Shown here: positions 40,034-54,495 of the stretch, piece after piece
Layout of the letters: each line of letters starts with the position of its first letter
How positions within the stretch are numbered: position 1 is the first letter of the stretch
Assembly: GCF_009914755.1 (NCBI RefSeq)
Contig: NC_060939.1
Strand: one strand, 5' to 3'
From: the human T2T-CHM13v2.0 reference genome, Homo sapiens
Length of the DNA stretch: 64,000 nt
Translations under genes and position numbers: made by a program
The notes under the pieces: generated by a model
The model's database searches: none
Told to the model about the DNA's origin: nothing
Seen by the model: the letters and a program-made list of their open reading frames with translations, nothing else

Positions 40034-40519
40034 CTGGAGAGGGAACAAAGGGGAGAAGTGTATCAGGCCTGCCAGGTCACCGGGTAAGCAGACGAGCAGA
40101 CGCGCAACCTGAGAGCCTGGGGGTGGAGCCCAAGTGACAGCAGCACAACTGTTCCAAATGCACCGTGGGGCCCATCACGGAGCCAGACTACTATGTTCCA
40201 GCAGCGCTGACCTCGTGCACTGCAGGTACACACCGAGTGTCCGCTGAACAGCATGCTTTCCACAGGGCATGGGAGTAGGGGAGTCTGTAACCTGAAACCA
40301 ACTCCTGCACTCAAAATGCCCTGGGAAATAGGCCACTGCAAGCAGCAGGTGGGACAGTCAGCCTTGCCAATCCACAAGTAAATACGTGAGATGTTGACAC
40401 AAAGGGCCACAAACTAGAATCCTGGGCAGATGGGGATTCTGCTTCCAAAAAGGAAGCAGCATCACCACATCCATTCAACAAACATTTGCTGGGCTGCATG
40501 TGCAGTGGGGGTGGCGAGG

Positions 40520-40720
40520 ACTCCGGCGTCACATGAACCTGAGTCTGAATCTCAGCTCTACCACTTACTAGCTGGGTGGCTTTTAGCAAATTATGCTCTA
40601 AACGGCTCTGTGCCTCATCTGGAAAATAGTTAATTACCTCTCTCTTACTGGACTACTGTGAGGATTAAATGAGGCTTATATAAACTACCTGCGCACGACA
40701 GACGAGCAATACCTGGTTAC
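40520..40720 (+). mobile_element. MIR
   Basis: gaatctcagctctaccacttactagctgggtggct ... gtgaggattaaatgag. Confidence 0.75.
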
Positions 40721-41309
40721 TGCCACTCTGTGTCAGGCACGGGGCCAGTGCTGGGCAGAGCGTTGAATAAAGTTCAACCCTGACCTCAAGGAGTTAAAAG
40801 ATGAGAAGGGAAGGCCAGACACGTGGACCATCCTAACCATGGCCAGGCCCTGGTAACGATGTGTTCATACAGCCCTGTGGAACCATGGACAGGTCCCCGC
40901 CAAGCACTGAGGAGAAACCGCTCCTACAGCTAGAGCTCAGGCTTCCAGGCAGGAGGGCTGGGAGGTGAGGCAGCACAGCCAGGCAGAAGCTGGTCACAGA
41001 CACCCCTGCGTCACACTGAGGAGTCAAGACGCTATCCTGTCAGCCAGGGGCTTTCCTAGCCAGGGGCTTTCCTCACAAAAAAACATGCATCTTCAACCAT
41101 CACCCACTCCACGTGAACCGGTATGCACGTGTACAAAACAGAAACAAATGTTTCACAAAACAATACTTAATCTCACACAGTGGACTACACTTTGATGCTT
41201 TTAATTCTAATCAATTGGACAATTGGATTTTATGGGAAAAAAATAAAAATAAAAACCTAGTACCAACCTACTAAACCAATTTCTCTATCCATAGTGTAAA
41301 AAACAACTA

Positions 41310-41465
41310 TAGTCATCCCTTGGTGTATACACAAAAAGCTGGCCCTCCGTATAAGAGGGTTTCACATCCTGTGAATACTGTATTTTCAATCTGTGTGTAG
41401 TTGAAAAAATCCACATGTAAGTGGACCCATGCAGTTCAAACCCACGTTGTTCAAGGGTTAACTGT
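41310..41465. mobile_element. MER8/Tigger2-derived MITE (internally deleted)
   Basis: TA-flanked; 3' end gtggacccatgcagttcaaacccacgttgttcaagggttaactg matches the Tigger2/MER8 terminus. Confidence 0.8.
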
Positions 41466-42469
41466 ACATATTTTCCTATACTTCATGCCCAGCCAGGAGC
41501 TGCCTTTCAGGAGCTGTAAAGTGGCAAGGGAGATGGACGGCTCACTGTAAGACCAGCTAATGATGATGTAATTCATTCAGCCTGGAGTATCCAGCTGCAG
41601 ACGTCCAAGAGGGAGGGGCATATCAGCTGGCCCTGACATGGGAGAAGATCCTTGTACACATCTCTTCTCCCAACTAGGAGGCAGACTGTGCCTCACTCTT
41701 AAGGCTGCTCGGGTGCTTGGCGGAGGGCTGGTGTGGAGCAGGCTGCCAGGAAACGCTTGCTCTGGCCTCTGTTCAAGCTCCCTCCTCCACTGAGCTCTGG
41801 AGGACATGGAATGACTGTGTCATTCATCTCTGTGTCCTCAGCACCTAGCAAGGTCCTGGCACAGAACATGCACTCAAAGCATGGAATGAATGGAAAAGCT
41901 GACAAGCATGTGGACTGCAGTAGCAGTGGGCACGGGGCTCGGGCACTTGGTTCTGGCAGGAGGCAGTTTGACAGTGATTGGCAAAGCCCAGTGCTCAGGG
42001 TTGACAGCACACTCAAAGCTATCCGCATTTTAAGAGCCACCTTACGCAATGGCCATCGATAAGTGGGAGGATAATTAAACACATTCTAGCACCCACCTGA
42101 TGGAATATTAGGCCACCAAATAGGATGGGTACACAGTATAAAATGACATGGGAAAATGCTCATGCTATAATGTGAACAAGCCAGGATACACTGTGCTCTC
42201 AATTTGGATACCTATGTGAACTAGGGGGAGAAAAGCAAAAGGAAATACATCAAAATGCTAACCACGGTTCTCCAGTTGGTAGAATAACAGGCAATTTTCA
42301 TTTTCTTCTTAACATCTTTCTATACTGCCTGACTTCTGTTTAGTGATCATCTATTACTTGTATAGTCAGGGGGGAAAAAGTCTCCTTAGATTTTACATTT
42401 ATGTTTATGTGACAATGTGATGCAAATTTTATCTTAAATCCAGACATTTAAAATAGGTCTTCCCCTATA

Positions 42470-42685
42470 ACAATACTACCAACTTTTATTGAGTTTTTAC
42501 AATGTTCTGAGCATTACATTCAACTTTTTTTAATGCATCATCTCAATTCAACCTCAAAAGTCTATGTGAGGGGGGTATTACTCTCATCTTACATATGGGG
42601 AAACTGAGGCACAGAGATGTTAAATGATGTGTCCAAGCTCCACAGCTCACAGGAGGTAGGGCCTGGGTTGTGACCTACTACATGT
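42470..42685 (-). mobile_element. MIR
   Basis: catcttacatatggggaaactgaggcacagagatgttaaatgatgtgtccaag. Confidence 0.75.
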
Positions 42686-45539
42686 GACCCTCCCCCCAAG
42701 TTCCTAACCAATGTGCTTGACCACACCTCAATGGAATTAAGAAAGATCAATGCTTCATTTTTCTTATTCTGAAACATTGAGTCATTTGATATTTTAAATT
42801 TGAGTCTTTGAAAGCTATTAGCTTTCAGGTGCCCATGAACACACAAAACTTTCTTTACTGACCCTCTAATCCCACCCGACTGACTGCTGCCTCTTCCTGT
42901 TGCTGTTCATTTCCTACACACCAACGCAACAGAACAATACATTTCTTGGGTAATTAGCAAGTGAAGCAATCACAGGGAGACCAGATGAGCTTCTCCTGGG
43001 ATCCACTGACATCTGAGAAACTGGGACAGGGACCTGAAGGGGGCAGCTGTGGCGAAAGCCCACCCTCTGGGAAGGTGAGAGCTCCAGCTCTCTTGCCATC
43101 CTCCTGTGATGTTCTAGGAGGCCGTGGGCACAGACAGGCAAGTTTAGGCCCAGAGTTGCAGAGGCCTGAGTTCAAACCCCAGCTCAGCCCCTCATCGGTG
43201 GCACCTCAGGCAAATTGCTTATTAGTGTCTTCGGCTCCCAGTTTTCTCCCAAGTCAAATAGGGATACTGATGGCTCAAGCGTGCAGGCTCTGTGCAGTTG
43301 TACAGCTGCTGGCACGGGGCCAGGGCTCAGTAAATGCCAACTCTCTTTCCCTGGTCAAAGAGTAGCTCATGTAAGTTCAAACATTTACTGTGTGGGGTGC
43401 CAGGCATACAGGAAAAGGAAAAAGAAAGAAAAAGGAAAGACAGGGCCGTGGCCCTCAGGTACCACTGACTAGCTGGAGGACAAGCAGGCACACAAGGATG
43501 ATCCAATCAGGTGGCCACTGTCCTGGAGGCCTGCACCCGAGCAGCGGGAACAGCAGCAGGGGCCCGTGCCTGCCTTGGGGCGGGAAGGACCACTCACAAA
43601 GGAGATGGCCTGTGTGCTAAGGCTGCACAGGAGCTTCCCAGGGAGATGAGCGATGGGATGTTGTTCCAGTAGAGGGATTATGTAGGAGAGTACCCAGAGG
43701 ATGGGCATGCCCAGAGAACACACGCCCCATCAGCGGGCAGGAAGGAGGGCCCTGGCAGCGTTCGAAGGCATCTTTACCCTGAGGAGCCCCAGACAACAGC
43801 AGCAGAGGGATGAGACTGAATACCTGAGTGAGACAGAGGTTAAACTGGAGCTGTGGGTGAGTGGCAGCAGGAAGAAAGGAGAGAGGCAACTGCAGTGATG
43901 GAGACAGGCCGGTGGCCCCACTGTGGTGAAAGGGACAAAAAGGGGACACAGATGTAAGCTTCCAGGCAGGCGGCAGCACTAGAAATGGTGACGACAGGGA
44001 TACAGGGGAAGGAGGCAGGAGTCCAGGATGGCTTGAGTTTCCAGCCTGGGGAGCTAGAGATGTGAGGAGCACAGGCGGGAACAGGAGGCAATAATGAGGA
44101 CCCTCCCTCCAAAGGCAGAAATGCGAATGCAAAGAACACTTGCTCAGGGTCCAGCCAGGAAAACAGAAATCCCTCTAAATATGTGTCACAGAGTGAATGT
44201 CATCCAGGGGCTGGCCACACTGGTGAGAGAAAAGCTGAGAAGCCAAACAGCTGACAGTGAGGCAGCCCAGAGTTATAGCAAGGGCAGAAAGCCACCCTGC
44301 AGGGGAGCAATGAAGGGAGCCGGTGGGGTCAGCTGTTGGCACAGAGGACCCACCGGACAGGAGCTGGGCACAGAGGAGACAAAGCCACCTTCAGAGGCAG
44401 TGCCCGAGATGGGGAGAGGGAAAACCCCTTCAGTCCCTCCTGTCACCCTTCAGTCTCCTGCCAGCACCTCCCGCTGGCCTGCAGGGCCAGGCCTTGCAAC
44501 ACCAAGTGGTGCAGGAGAAGGGCAAGGAGAGGCTGTGAGCAGGCAGGCCAGGCGGGGGCACAGACCTGGAGAAGAGACACGAGACAGGGCAGGCACACAC
44601 GGGGACAGCTGTGGCTAAGAGAGAAGCTGCCTGAGTCTGGGCCACATGCGAAGGGCCGGCTTACGGGGAAGCCAGTGCTGGCAGCAGCCCCAGCCCAGCC
44701 TAGGGATGATTCAAGGGCCAAGGATCTGGTCCAGGGCCAGGACTGTCCCAAGCAAAGGCAGAAACACTGGGCTCTCCCAGCCCTTATCACTCTGCCCTGG
44801 CCCCTGGCGTCAGACTCCAGGTGTGGATGGCATGAAATGCGCCACTCAGACTCCCACTGCAGGAGGTGACTGCAGGCCCCACTGCTGCCCCTCTGGTGCA
44901 TCACCACGTTCATTCCCAGCAGCAGGGCATGGGTGCGGCAGCGGCAGGAATGCAGCCCATCTGTGGAGGCAGGTGCCTTGGTCACTGCCCTTGGCTTGAG
45001 GGCTCCCCACTGGCCCTGCCCAGACTTCCTCAGGACTGCATGGTGGTCACTGCACAGGGTCTGGGACTCTCCTCCCCATCCTCCTCCCTTCCTGGGGCTG
45101 GAACTTCTCTGTCCCTTGTCCTCCACAGGGGCTTCCCCCCGCCGAAGTCTCTGGTTTGTCTCATTCCAGCCTGACATTGCTTCTTGAGAGCCTGAGCTAA
45201 CACACCAGTCACCCAAGCACACCTGGATTATGACTCAGCCCACTGGTAGGCCTGTGTCCGGGGAAGACAGTGCAGAGCAGTGAACACAATGTTAGGCCTG
45301 CAGGACGGGTCTGTCTCTGCTGGTTCGCAGGGGGCTGAATGAGCCCAACTCGGCCTCAGTCACAAACAGCAGGCCATGACTGGGGACAGCCTCTGAGATG
45401 TGGCCTGCTGTCTTCAGGAATCAGTCTCTGAAGTCACATACACAAAGCAACCCCTCACCCTGACCGCAGGTTTAATTCAGGTCACATTTCAGCTGCAATT
45501 CTAAAAGTGGTGACTAAAACACAGAATTTTCAGAACTAC

Positions 45540-45657
45540 CTGGGATCCTAAAAGAGTCTTTGTATAATAGTCTCGAGGCATGAAAACTTCCACTATGGTA
45601 ACGAGACACCAGAAAGCATCTTCTTGTTCCAGGTACAGGAGGGCCACTGCCACCAAC
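45540..45657 (-). CDS. TBC1D2B: TBC1D2B exon (probably 10), TBC domain
   Basis: ttgtag|G TTG GTG ... TCC CAG|gtagtt; 118 bp; LVAVALLYLEQEDAFWCLVTIVEVFMPRDYYTKTLLGSQ. Confidence 0.95.
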
Positions 45658-45795
45658 CTACAAGCAAAGGGAGGACAAGATGAGAGCCCAGGCACAGACA
45701 GCTGCTACTACAGTCTCCACAGAGACCATCTGCTTTAAGCCACTTTTTCTCTCATGGCCAAAATTATTTCTAGTTCTCCAATAAAGAATAATAAG

Positions 45796-46567
<772 letters not shown>

Positions 46568-48013
46568 TCATCAAGAAGTTCCAAATAACCCTTTTATGCA
46601 CAAAAATTCCAGATGTGAATGTAAGTAACAAAGAATACAGAATGGTTTAAAACAGCTTTCCCAACACCATCCTGCTTCCAGGCTGAAGGAATAAAATGGG
46701 CTGCAGATGAGGGCACCCCAAAGGAGCTAACAGCGCTGTGCCCACTGCATGCACAGCAGGGGAAGAGGACCATGTGTCTCACTTGCTTTGTTGTTCATAA
46801 CGGAAACTGGGGTCAGCTATTTACATGCTGTCACTAATCAATAGCCCTGGTATGGCTCCAAGCGGGAATCTGGAGCAGCAGGATGGAAAGGAAGAGGTGA
46901 GAGAAAGGCCTCCCTCTACTCAGCTGAAATCCAAAACTTCTGCCCATCACACGAAGCTTATAAGCAACACTCATGGGAAAATCCCTGAAGCCATTTCTCA
47001 GAATATTTTTCTTAGATAAAACTATAATGAACTCATCTCAAATTAAATGGAAAAAAAGTCCAGGAAGGGGATGTCTCAAGTATGCAGGGATGGGATGGAA
47101 AGGAGAATGGTGACCACTGGCAGAGACAGAGGAGAGAAAAATAAGACACGCAAGCAGAGACACCAAATTGAGAGACAGGACTCGATGGCGCCAGGAGAAG
47201 GGGTAGAGAGTCTGAAAGCGACAGAGCCTTTGAGGACATCACTTAAATTCACCAATATTCCAGATGACAGGTCTGAATCACCATCATCTAGACAAGGCTA
47301 CAGTTGTCCTTCTAAAGTTCTGGGTGCTCAGAAGCCATGAACATGTACCAAATACTGTGAAGAAAAAAATCCCAAAGAATTACAATTCAGAGGTTTTAAC
47401 GGTGGTGAGGGCGGAAGTGTAGACAGAAAGCTTCAATTATCTGGAAGTGTCATTTATGTAGGAAAAAACTGATTCCATGACAATGCCAGATAAATGGAGC
47501 ATTACTGTACCCCAAACAGGCATACTCAAGTCCTCACCAGGACCCTGAGTTTCACGGGTTTCCAGCTTCCAGGAATTTTTAGATTGAGTATGCAATGTGA
47601 ATGGTGGCTTTAAGCAAAACAAAACTGCTTTATTAGGCAGGATCCTACTTACAGGCTTTTTAAAAGTGGAGACTGTCTAGGAGTAGCTATAGTCCCTTTC
47701 ACCTTCTGAGGGCACATAGAGAGGCTGCCCTATCCTCACCACCACAGAGACAATGACTTACTGAAAACCATTTGGTTTCAGGTCTTAACCAAATAACATT
47801 CCAGCTTAAAATCCTTTCTTCCTGCAGTACTCTCATTTCAGACACAAATAGAAAACCCTTACCTGGAGGTCAATACCTGGCATGGAGCAGGAGCAAAAAA
47901 GGCCTGTGGGCAGCCATAACAAACGTCAGCACTCAGAACTCCAGCTCATGCATGGCTTACAGAATTCCTAAGGTACACATGCAGAACTTTTTCATTCTTA
48001 CTTTATCCATATC

Positions 48014-48611
<598 letters not shown>

Positions 48612-49360
48612 CTTTATCCATATTTTTAACAAGCCTGCTTACCTACTTTCATTACACAGAAATATAAATGGACAACTGCAAGGACAGCAGTAAGCAGAAA
48701 GCGCGCCAGCCAGGTAAGAAGCAGTCACAGCAAAGTCCAGTGACAGGAAGAGCTTTGTGGGGAGCAAACCTCAGTCCTCCTGAGGTCTTGTCCCATCCCT
48801 GCACAGCTCAGGAGGATGAGCCTACATCACCCAGAAAACATGAGAGGCTTTTCGGCATCCTCTGCCTATGGAAGTAGGGAAGTAGGCAAGACCTGTTAAA
48901 AGTTCTAGTTTAAAAGGAAACAAGTTTAAGTCCATGAAGGGCTAAGTTTCAGTCAGCTGAATAATTGTTTGGGGCAACCTCTTGATTCACAAAAAGATCC
49001 TGTATACTGCATAAACAACGGGTGACCACCAATTTCCACTCCATGCATTACAAACTAATAAAATCAAACTTCTGATCAAAACCCGAGTGCGATGAGAACA
49101 AACAGGAAAAAATGAGACTCCAAGTAGTTTCAAATGAATTTAACTCTTGTGTTCTTAATACTTTCTAAAAGCATGCTTTTTCTCTCAGTTCTTCTAGAAC
49201 TGGGGATATTGTGTAATGAAAACTGGCTTGCTGCAACTACTTTTTTCTCTTAAAATATTGACTTTTCTTGGCCAACCAGGAAGGGAGGGAGCTGCCAGGC
49301 AGCACCGGTGCCTACAAGTTGCCTAATGGCAAATGGGAACATTTTGTGCTGTGCACCCAC

Positions 49361-49855
49361 CTGTTTAGGCCTTGACAGTAGCCGATATCTGGATTCCGCC
49401 AGGAGAAGGCGAGGAGGACATTGCGTAACTTCTGTATGCCTTCTGAGGTGGGGCAGGAGTAATGTTTGTTGTTGGGCAGAGTTCGCAGCAAGTCCAGCTC
49501 AATCTGCTTGGAGGCTGGGTTCTGTTTCTCCAGCGCCTTCTGCAGCAAGGTCTGGAAGTGGCCAGGCTCAGTGTTGTCCTTGAACTTCCTGGTGTGACGG
49601 TCCACACACCACTTCCACACCTTGGAACGGTGCTCGTGGGGAATGCCCGCACGGATGAGGTTTTTTAACTCTGGAGAGCACATCATCTCCCTGTTCACTG
49701 TACTTGCAAAATAGTTTTCCCACTTGACCCCAGTGGAGACTTCCTGGTTTTCTGTGAGGTAGAGAGTCTTCAGATCCAACGCGCGGACCTTGGCAACCAA
49801 TTTCTCTTCCTCATCATCCTCAGGTACAGTCCTGAACCCATAAATATCATATTCA
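49361..49855 (-). CDS. TBC1D2B: TBC1D2B exon (probably 9): N-terminal part of the TBC/Rab-GAP domain with arginine and glutamine fingers
   Basis: aacag|T GAA TAT GAT ... AAC AG|gtgggt; 495 bp; contains LIRAGIPHEHRSKVW, IELDLLRT (IxxDxxR) and GYCQGLN (YxQ). Confidence 0.96.
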
Positions 49856-50304
49856 CTGTTGATAAAAACAAAAGGAAAAATTAAAATGACAAAGTTTTAG
49901 CAACAAAGACCAATGCAACAGAAATAGAGAGTCTAGAAACCAAATCAGGCACACGTGGTACTTTGAACTATGAGAAGCATTTCAAATCAGTGAGGATATA
50001 ATCGACTTCTCAGTATATAAAGCTAGGAGGACTGGCTATCTATATGCAAAAATTAAATTAGATATCTACTTGACACTATACAGGGAAAAAAAACAATCCC
50101 AAACAGTTTAACACTGAAAATATGAAACGCATGGAAGAAAACGCAGGCAACAGCACAAAAACAAGATTGATAAATTTGGCTACATTAATATATGTGTATG
50201 TTTCTTTATCATATATATACACTACATATGTATAACTTTATGCTTAAAAATATCATTTTAAAAGATTAAAAAAAAACAAAGAATGTATTTATAAGCTATT
50301 AGGG

Positions 50305-50858
50305 ATAAGGATGTTCACGTCCCAGTTATTGGAACCTGTGGCTGTTTTACATTACATGGCAATAGGAATGTTGTTAATGGAACGTTAATGCAGTTAAGAC
50401 TACAGAACTTAAAACAAGGAGATTATTTGGGATATCTGGGTGGGCCCAAATATCCTCATGAGCCCTTCAAAGTGGAAGAGTCAGTCAGAGAAATGTCAGG
50501 CAGGAGAGACGGGAGGTGTGAGAGGGGCTGGACCTGCTGCTGCTGCCCCGAAGATGGGAAAAGGGGCCACAGGCCAAAGAATGCAGGGGGCTCTAGAAGA
50601 CGCCAACCACAGCTGACAGCCAGCAAGGAAATAGCGACCTAGTCCTACGAATGACTGCAAGGAACTATATTCCACCAACAACTTAAATTATCCCAGAACC
50701 TTCAGAAAAAAATGCAGCCCTTAATTAAACTTGGATTTTAATCCAATGAGACCCATGTTGGGCTACTGACCTACAGAACTATTAAGTGACAAATTTGTGT
50801 TGTTTTAAGCCACTATGTTTATGATAATTTGTTGTACCAGTAAAAGAAAACTACTACA
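50305..50858 (+). mobile_element. MaLR LTR (MLT1D-like)
   Basis: gatatctgggtgggccc ... ccacaggccaaagaatgcagggggctctagaag ... gttgttttaagccactatgtttatgataatttgtt ... gaaaactactaca. Confidence 0.8.
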
Positions 50859-51457
50859 AAGGCCTTTCACACACTGCTGCTGAGCGTAAACTTACTCAAG
50901 CACTTTGGAAATCAGATCTAGCAAGCAGAGTTAAAGGTATGTATTTTCTATACACTAGGAATTCCACTTCCAGTCTGCACCCTAGAGAAACTCTCTCACG
51001 TGGGCACATGGGAATATGGACCATGATGGTCCTTGCATCACTGTAACAAGGAAAAATGGAAAGAACCTAAATGTCCTCCATGAGGGGAAGGAATAAAGAC
51101 ACCATGGTAGATTCATACAATGATGTTCTACAAAGAAGGTAAACATGCTCAGTCGTGTGCATTTGTAGTACCAGCTATTTGGGAGGCTGATGTAGGAGAA
51201 CTGCTTGAGCCCACCAGGAGGTCGAGGCCAGCCAGGGCAACAGACTGAGAGACCTCATCTCTTAAAAAAAATAGCTCAGGAGTAACTTGTATCAACCTGG
51301 ATAATTTCAGAAAATAATGTTGAAGGAAATAAGTTCAAAATGATATGTATCTGGGATTAGTATGTAAAAAGGTATCATCAGTCAGAAATACACACTGAAG
51401 TATTTTACAGGTGGAATGACGTGACGTCTGGCATTTGCTTTAAAATATTCCAGAAAA

Positions 51458-51779
51458 GGCTGGGTGCGGTGGCTGACACCGGTAATCCCAGCACTTTGGG
51501 AGGCCGAGGCAGGCAGATCACAAGGTCAGGAGATCGAGACCATCCTGGCTAACACGGTGAAACCCTGTCTCTGCTAAAAATACAAAAAATTAGCCGGGCG
51601 TGGTGGTGGGCGCCTGTAGTCCCAGCCACTCAGGAGGCTGAGGCAGGAGAATGGCGTGAACCCGGGAGGCGGAGCTTGCAGTGAGCTAAGATTGTGCCAC
51701 TGTACTCCAGCCTGGGCAACAGCGCGAGACTCTGTCTCAAAAAAACAAAATAAAACAAAACAAAACAATAAAATAAAAT
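51458..51779 (+). mobile_element. AluY-like with 16-bp TSD AAAATATTCCAGAAAA
   Basis: AluY diagnostics; TSD at 51442-51457 and 51780-51795. Confidence 0.93.
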
Positions 51780-53083
51780 AAAATATTCCAGAAAAAAACT
51801 GTGGGGAGTGAGGAGGTAAAATGAAACTATATTGGCAAAACATTAACAATTGCTCAAGTTAGTTGCACACAGGGGTATATGTTACATAATTCTGTCTACT
51901 TCTTTGTATGTTTTAAATTTTCCATAAGAAAAAGTTGAAAATAAACCAATATATATGGTTATTTCACTTATATATAAAATTTGAACACACAATATAAATA
52001 GTAAGAGCACAAAACGCTTTTGCATGGGAAGAACACACAGCACGTTTAGAAGCGCTCCAAGAGCTCACAGAAGTTAACAGCCACCACGATGAGCAAAGCA
52101 GCAATGCCCAGCGTACTGGTGGAGCTACTGCACCTGGGAACCCGACTATCCAGGCTGAGGGCCTGTCCTCACCACTCACAGGCTGGGTGACTCTGGGCAA
52201 GTTATATCACTTCCATACTCCGCTTCTTCACTTGTAAAGTGAGGATAAAAACACTCACCTCACTGAACATTAAGTACAACTCTGCACATAAAACCCTTAG
52301 CACAGCTCCTGGCACATGGCAAACATCCATAAAAGTGTTTAGTAAAGATGGTGTTGGGTACTTTCTGAGCATATTTCTGTCATCTGAGTAGCCCAAACAA
52401 TGCAGGCTGGTGCTGTAAGCTCAGAGAAGGGAAAGGTCATGTCAAACTGAAGCAAGGCTTCACCTGGGCCTACAGGGGTGGGGCAGGAGAAGCAAGGAGA
52501 CTGCAGTAAGCAAGGCCTAGACACAGGGCTGGTCCTGAGTCGTGGAAACAAGAGGCTGAACTGCGTGAATCTGTAGATTTCTCCTGGTTCAAGTATTTCA
52601 TGAGTCTCATATTTTTTAGAAGACAGGTTATGAGAGGGTTCTTAATCCAAGATCCATCATTGGCTTCCAGATTTAGTGCTTTCCCCAAAAATATATGGGG
52701 GGTGTGTGTGTGTGTAAGCTCAGTTCCCCACTTAAGGGTCCCTTTGTTTTGAACCACCTGTGGGTAGGGCTATGTTTTAGGAGAAGGTTCCTATTCCTTG
52801 GAAGACTGGCTCCTCCTGAAGTAAGGAAGGATCAGAAGGAAGGCTCCCTTACTTACACGAAAAATAGGTCTTGCAATCAGAAGACCTGTGGTAAGTCCCC
52901 GCTCTATGACTTGATTACTAGGGGAGAATGAAGACATTACCGTTCTGCTGACCTGACAGCATTTGTCATGAGCACCAAATGAGACACACAGTTGTGTACG
53001 GCTCTCTGCGAATGGTTCCTGCTGTTGAAAAAGGGACTTCAGAAATGGGGTGCACTACCCTCAACAGTCACTAGCACATTTAC

Positions 53084-53277
53084 CTGACAAGATGAGGTTT
53101 AACAAATGCTTGCTCCGGCTGCTCTTGGCTCTCAACCTGCAGAGCATCCTCCAGCAACTGGGCTATGACCTCCCGGGTGGGCCCCTGGTCTTCTGAGCAC
53201 ACTGGTGTCTTCATTTCTTGGAGCAATATCAGGTATTTACTTTCTATCTGGCAGAGCTTGGCTTCCAGGCTAGAATA
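53084..53277 (-). CDS. TBC1D2B: TBC1D2B exon (probably 8)
   Basis: tgcag|TAT TCT AGC ... GTC AG|gtaaat; 194 bp; YSSLEAKLCQIESKYLILLQEMKTPVCSEDQG...FVKPHLV. Confidence 0.93.
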
Positions 53278-54384
53278 CTGCAGAGAATGTGGTGGTTACC
53301 TCCATTCAGACAGAGACACAGGAAGAGCAATCTTTAGGTACGCAAATGACCAGTGAACAACAAACCCAAAACTATTAGGAAGTGAGCCAGAGACAGACTG
53401 TAGCAAAGACAAGAAATTAATTTATGCCACAGACCACCTTTCATGTTTAAAATGGCCTGCAGTGGGTTCCTCTCTTCCTTATAGAAGGAGTGCTGATAAT
53501 CAGACCTCTGGATGCCAACAAATGCATCACCTCTGGACAGAGGTGGAGAGAGCAGCAGGAACCAGGCTACATGCCAATTACTGAGGTCCAGCTCGGTGCC
53601 ATCTGGCACATGGCCCATGAGTGGCCACTCCATGCTATACCCATTCTTTCTTAGGACACTGTGGTCCAGGACTAGCTCCCATCTGCCACCTTATCAGACA
53701 AATCAAATATACCCTAGAAAACATGCAGGAATAAGGTCTGGGAAGATGTTTCAAGTTCTGTTCAAAAAAGTATATCAGGTATATAACAGCTGTTGACAAG
53801 TATCATTTGATTACAGCTCATTTGATGACAGCTGAAATGTTTGTGGTCCCATTACACTTTGTGCAAAGCCCCTTCCAGCCATAATCATATCTGACTTTCA
53901 CACCAACCCTATTGGGTTCACAGAGGAGGCATTTACCTCACCATCTCCATAAATACAAAACTGAACAGCATAAATCAAAACCCAAATAATCTTAATTTAG
54001 GTGACCTTATAATTATGTACTTACTTTGTTTTCTTCAAAATCTATTAAAAATGCTTATGAACAAAGGTACACAAAGAAAGCAATACCTTATGTTCTTTTT
54101 TTAACTAGAGAAACTGAACACATTTTCTGTAGCTTCTCATTCTTACTTATCCAGTTTATGTGAAAAACTCACATCTCACGGCATTTATCTGTCTTCATCA
54201 GAGATAATAAAATGAGACTAACTATACAGCTCTATGTATTATATGTATTTTAAATATATTTTGTTATCAGTAACCACATCTCTCCAAGCCTGGGAGTTGA
54301 ACCGCTTTGTAAAGCATGCTTATTTTTAATGGTTTCCTAACCTTACCTCCCACCAGGTAATAGAATCCACCTATCCTGACCCAC

Positions 54385-54495
54385 CTTTGCCATCAGATCC
54401 CTCTCTCTCCTTTCTGCATTTCTTCGTAGAGCTGAGAGTTCCAAAATCTCCTTATTTAGAAATTTGTTTTGGGTTTTGTACCCCTGTAGATTATC
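54385..54495 (-). CDS. TBC1D2B: TBC1D2B exon (probably 7)
   Basis: aacag|GAT AAT CTA ... GCA AAG|gtgggt; 111 bp; DNLQGYKTQNKFLNKEILELSALRRNAERRERDLMAK. Confidence 0.93.

Noticed and set aside
44094-45222. ORF-dense GC-rich intronic patch (ORFs up to 259 aa)
   Set aside because: No recognisable homology; part looks like an old LTR remnant; cannot be supported as coding.
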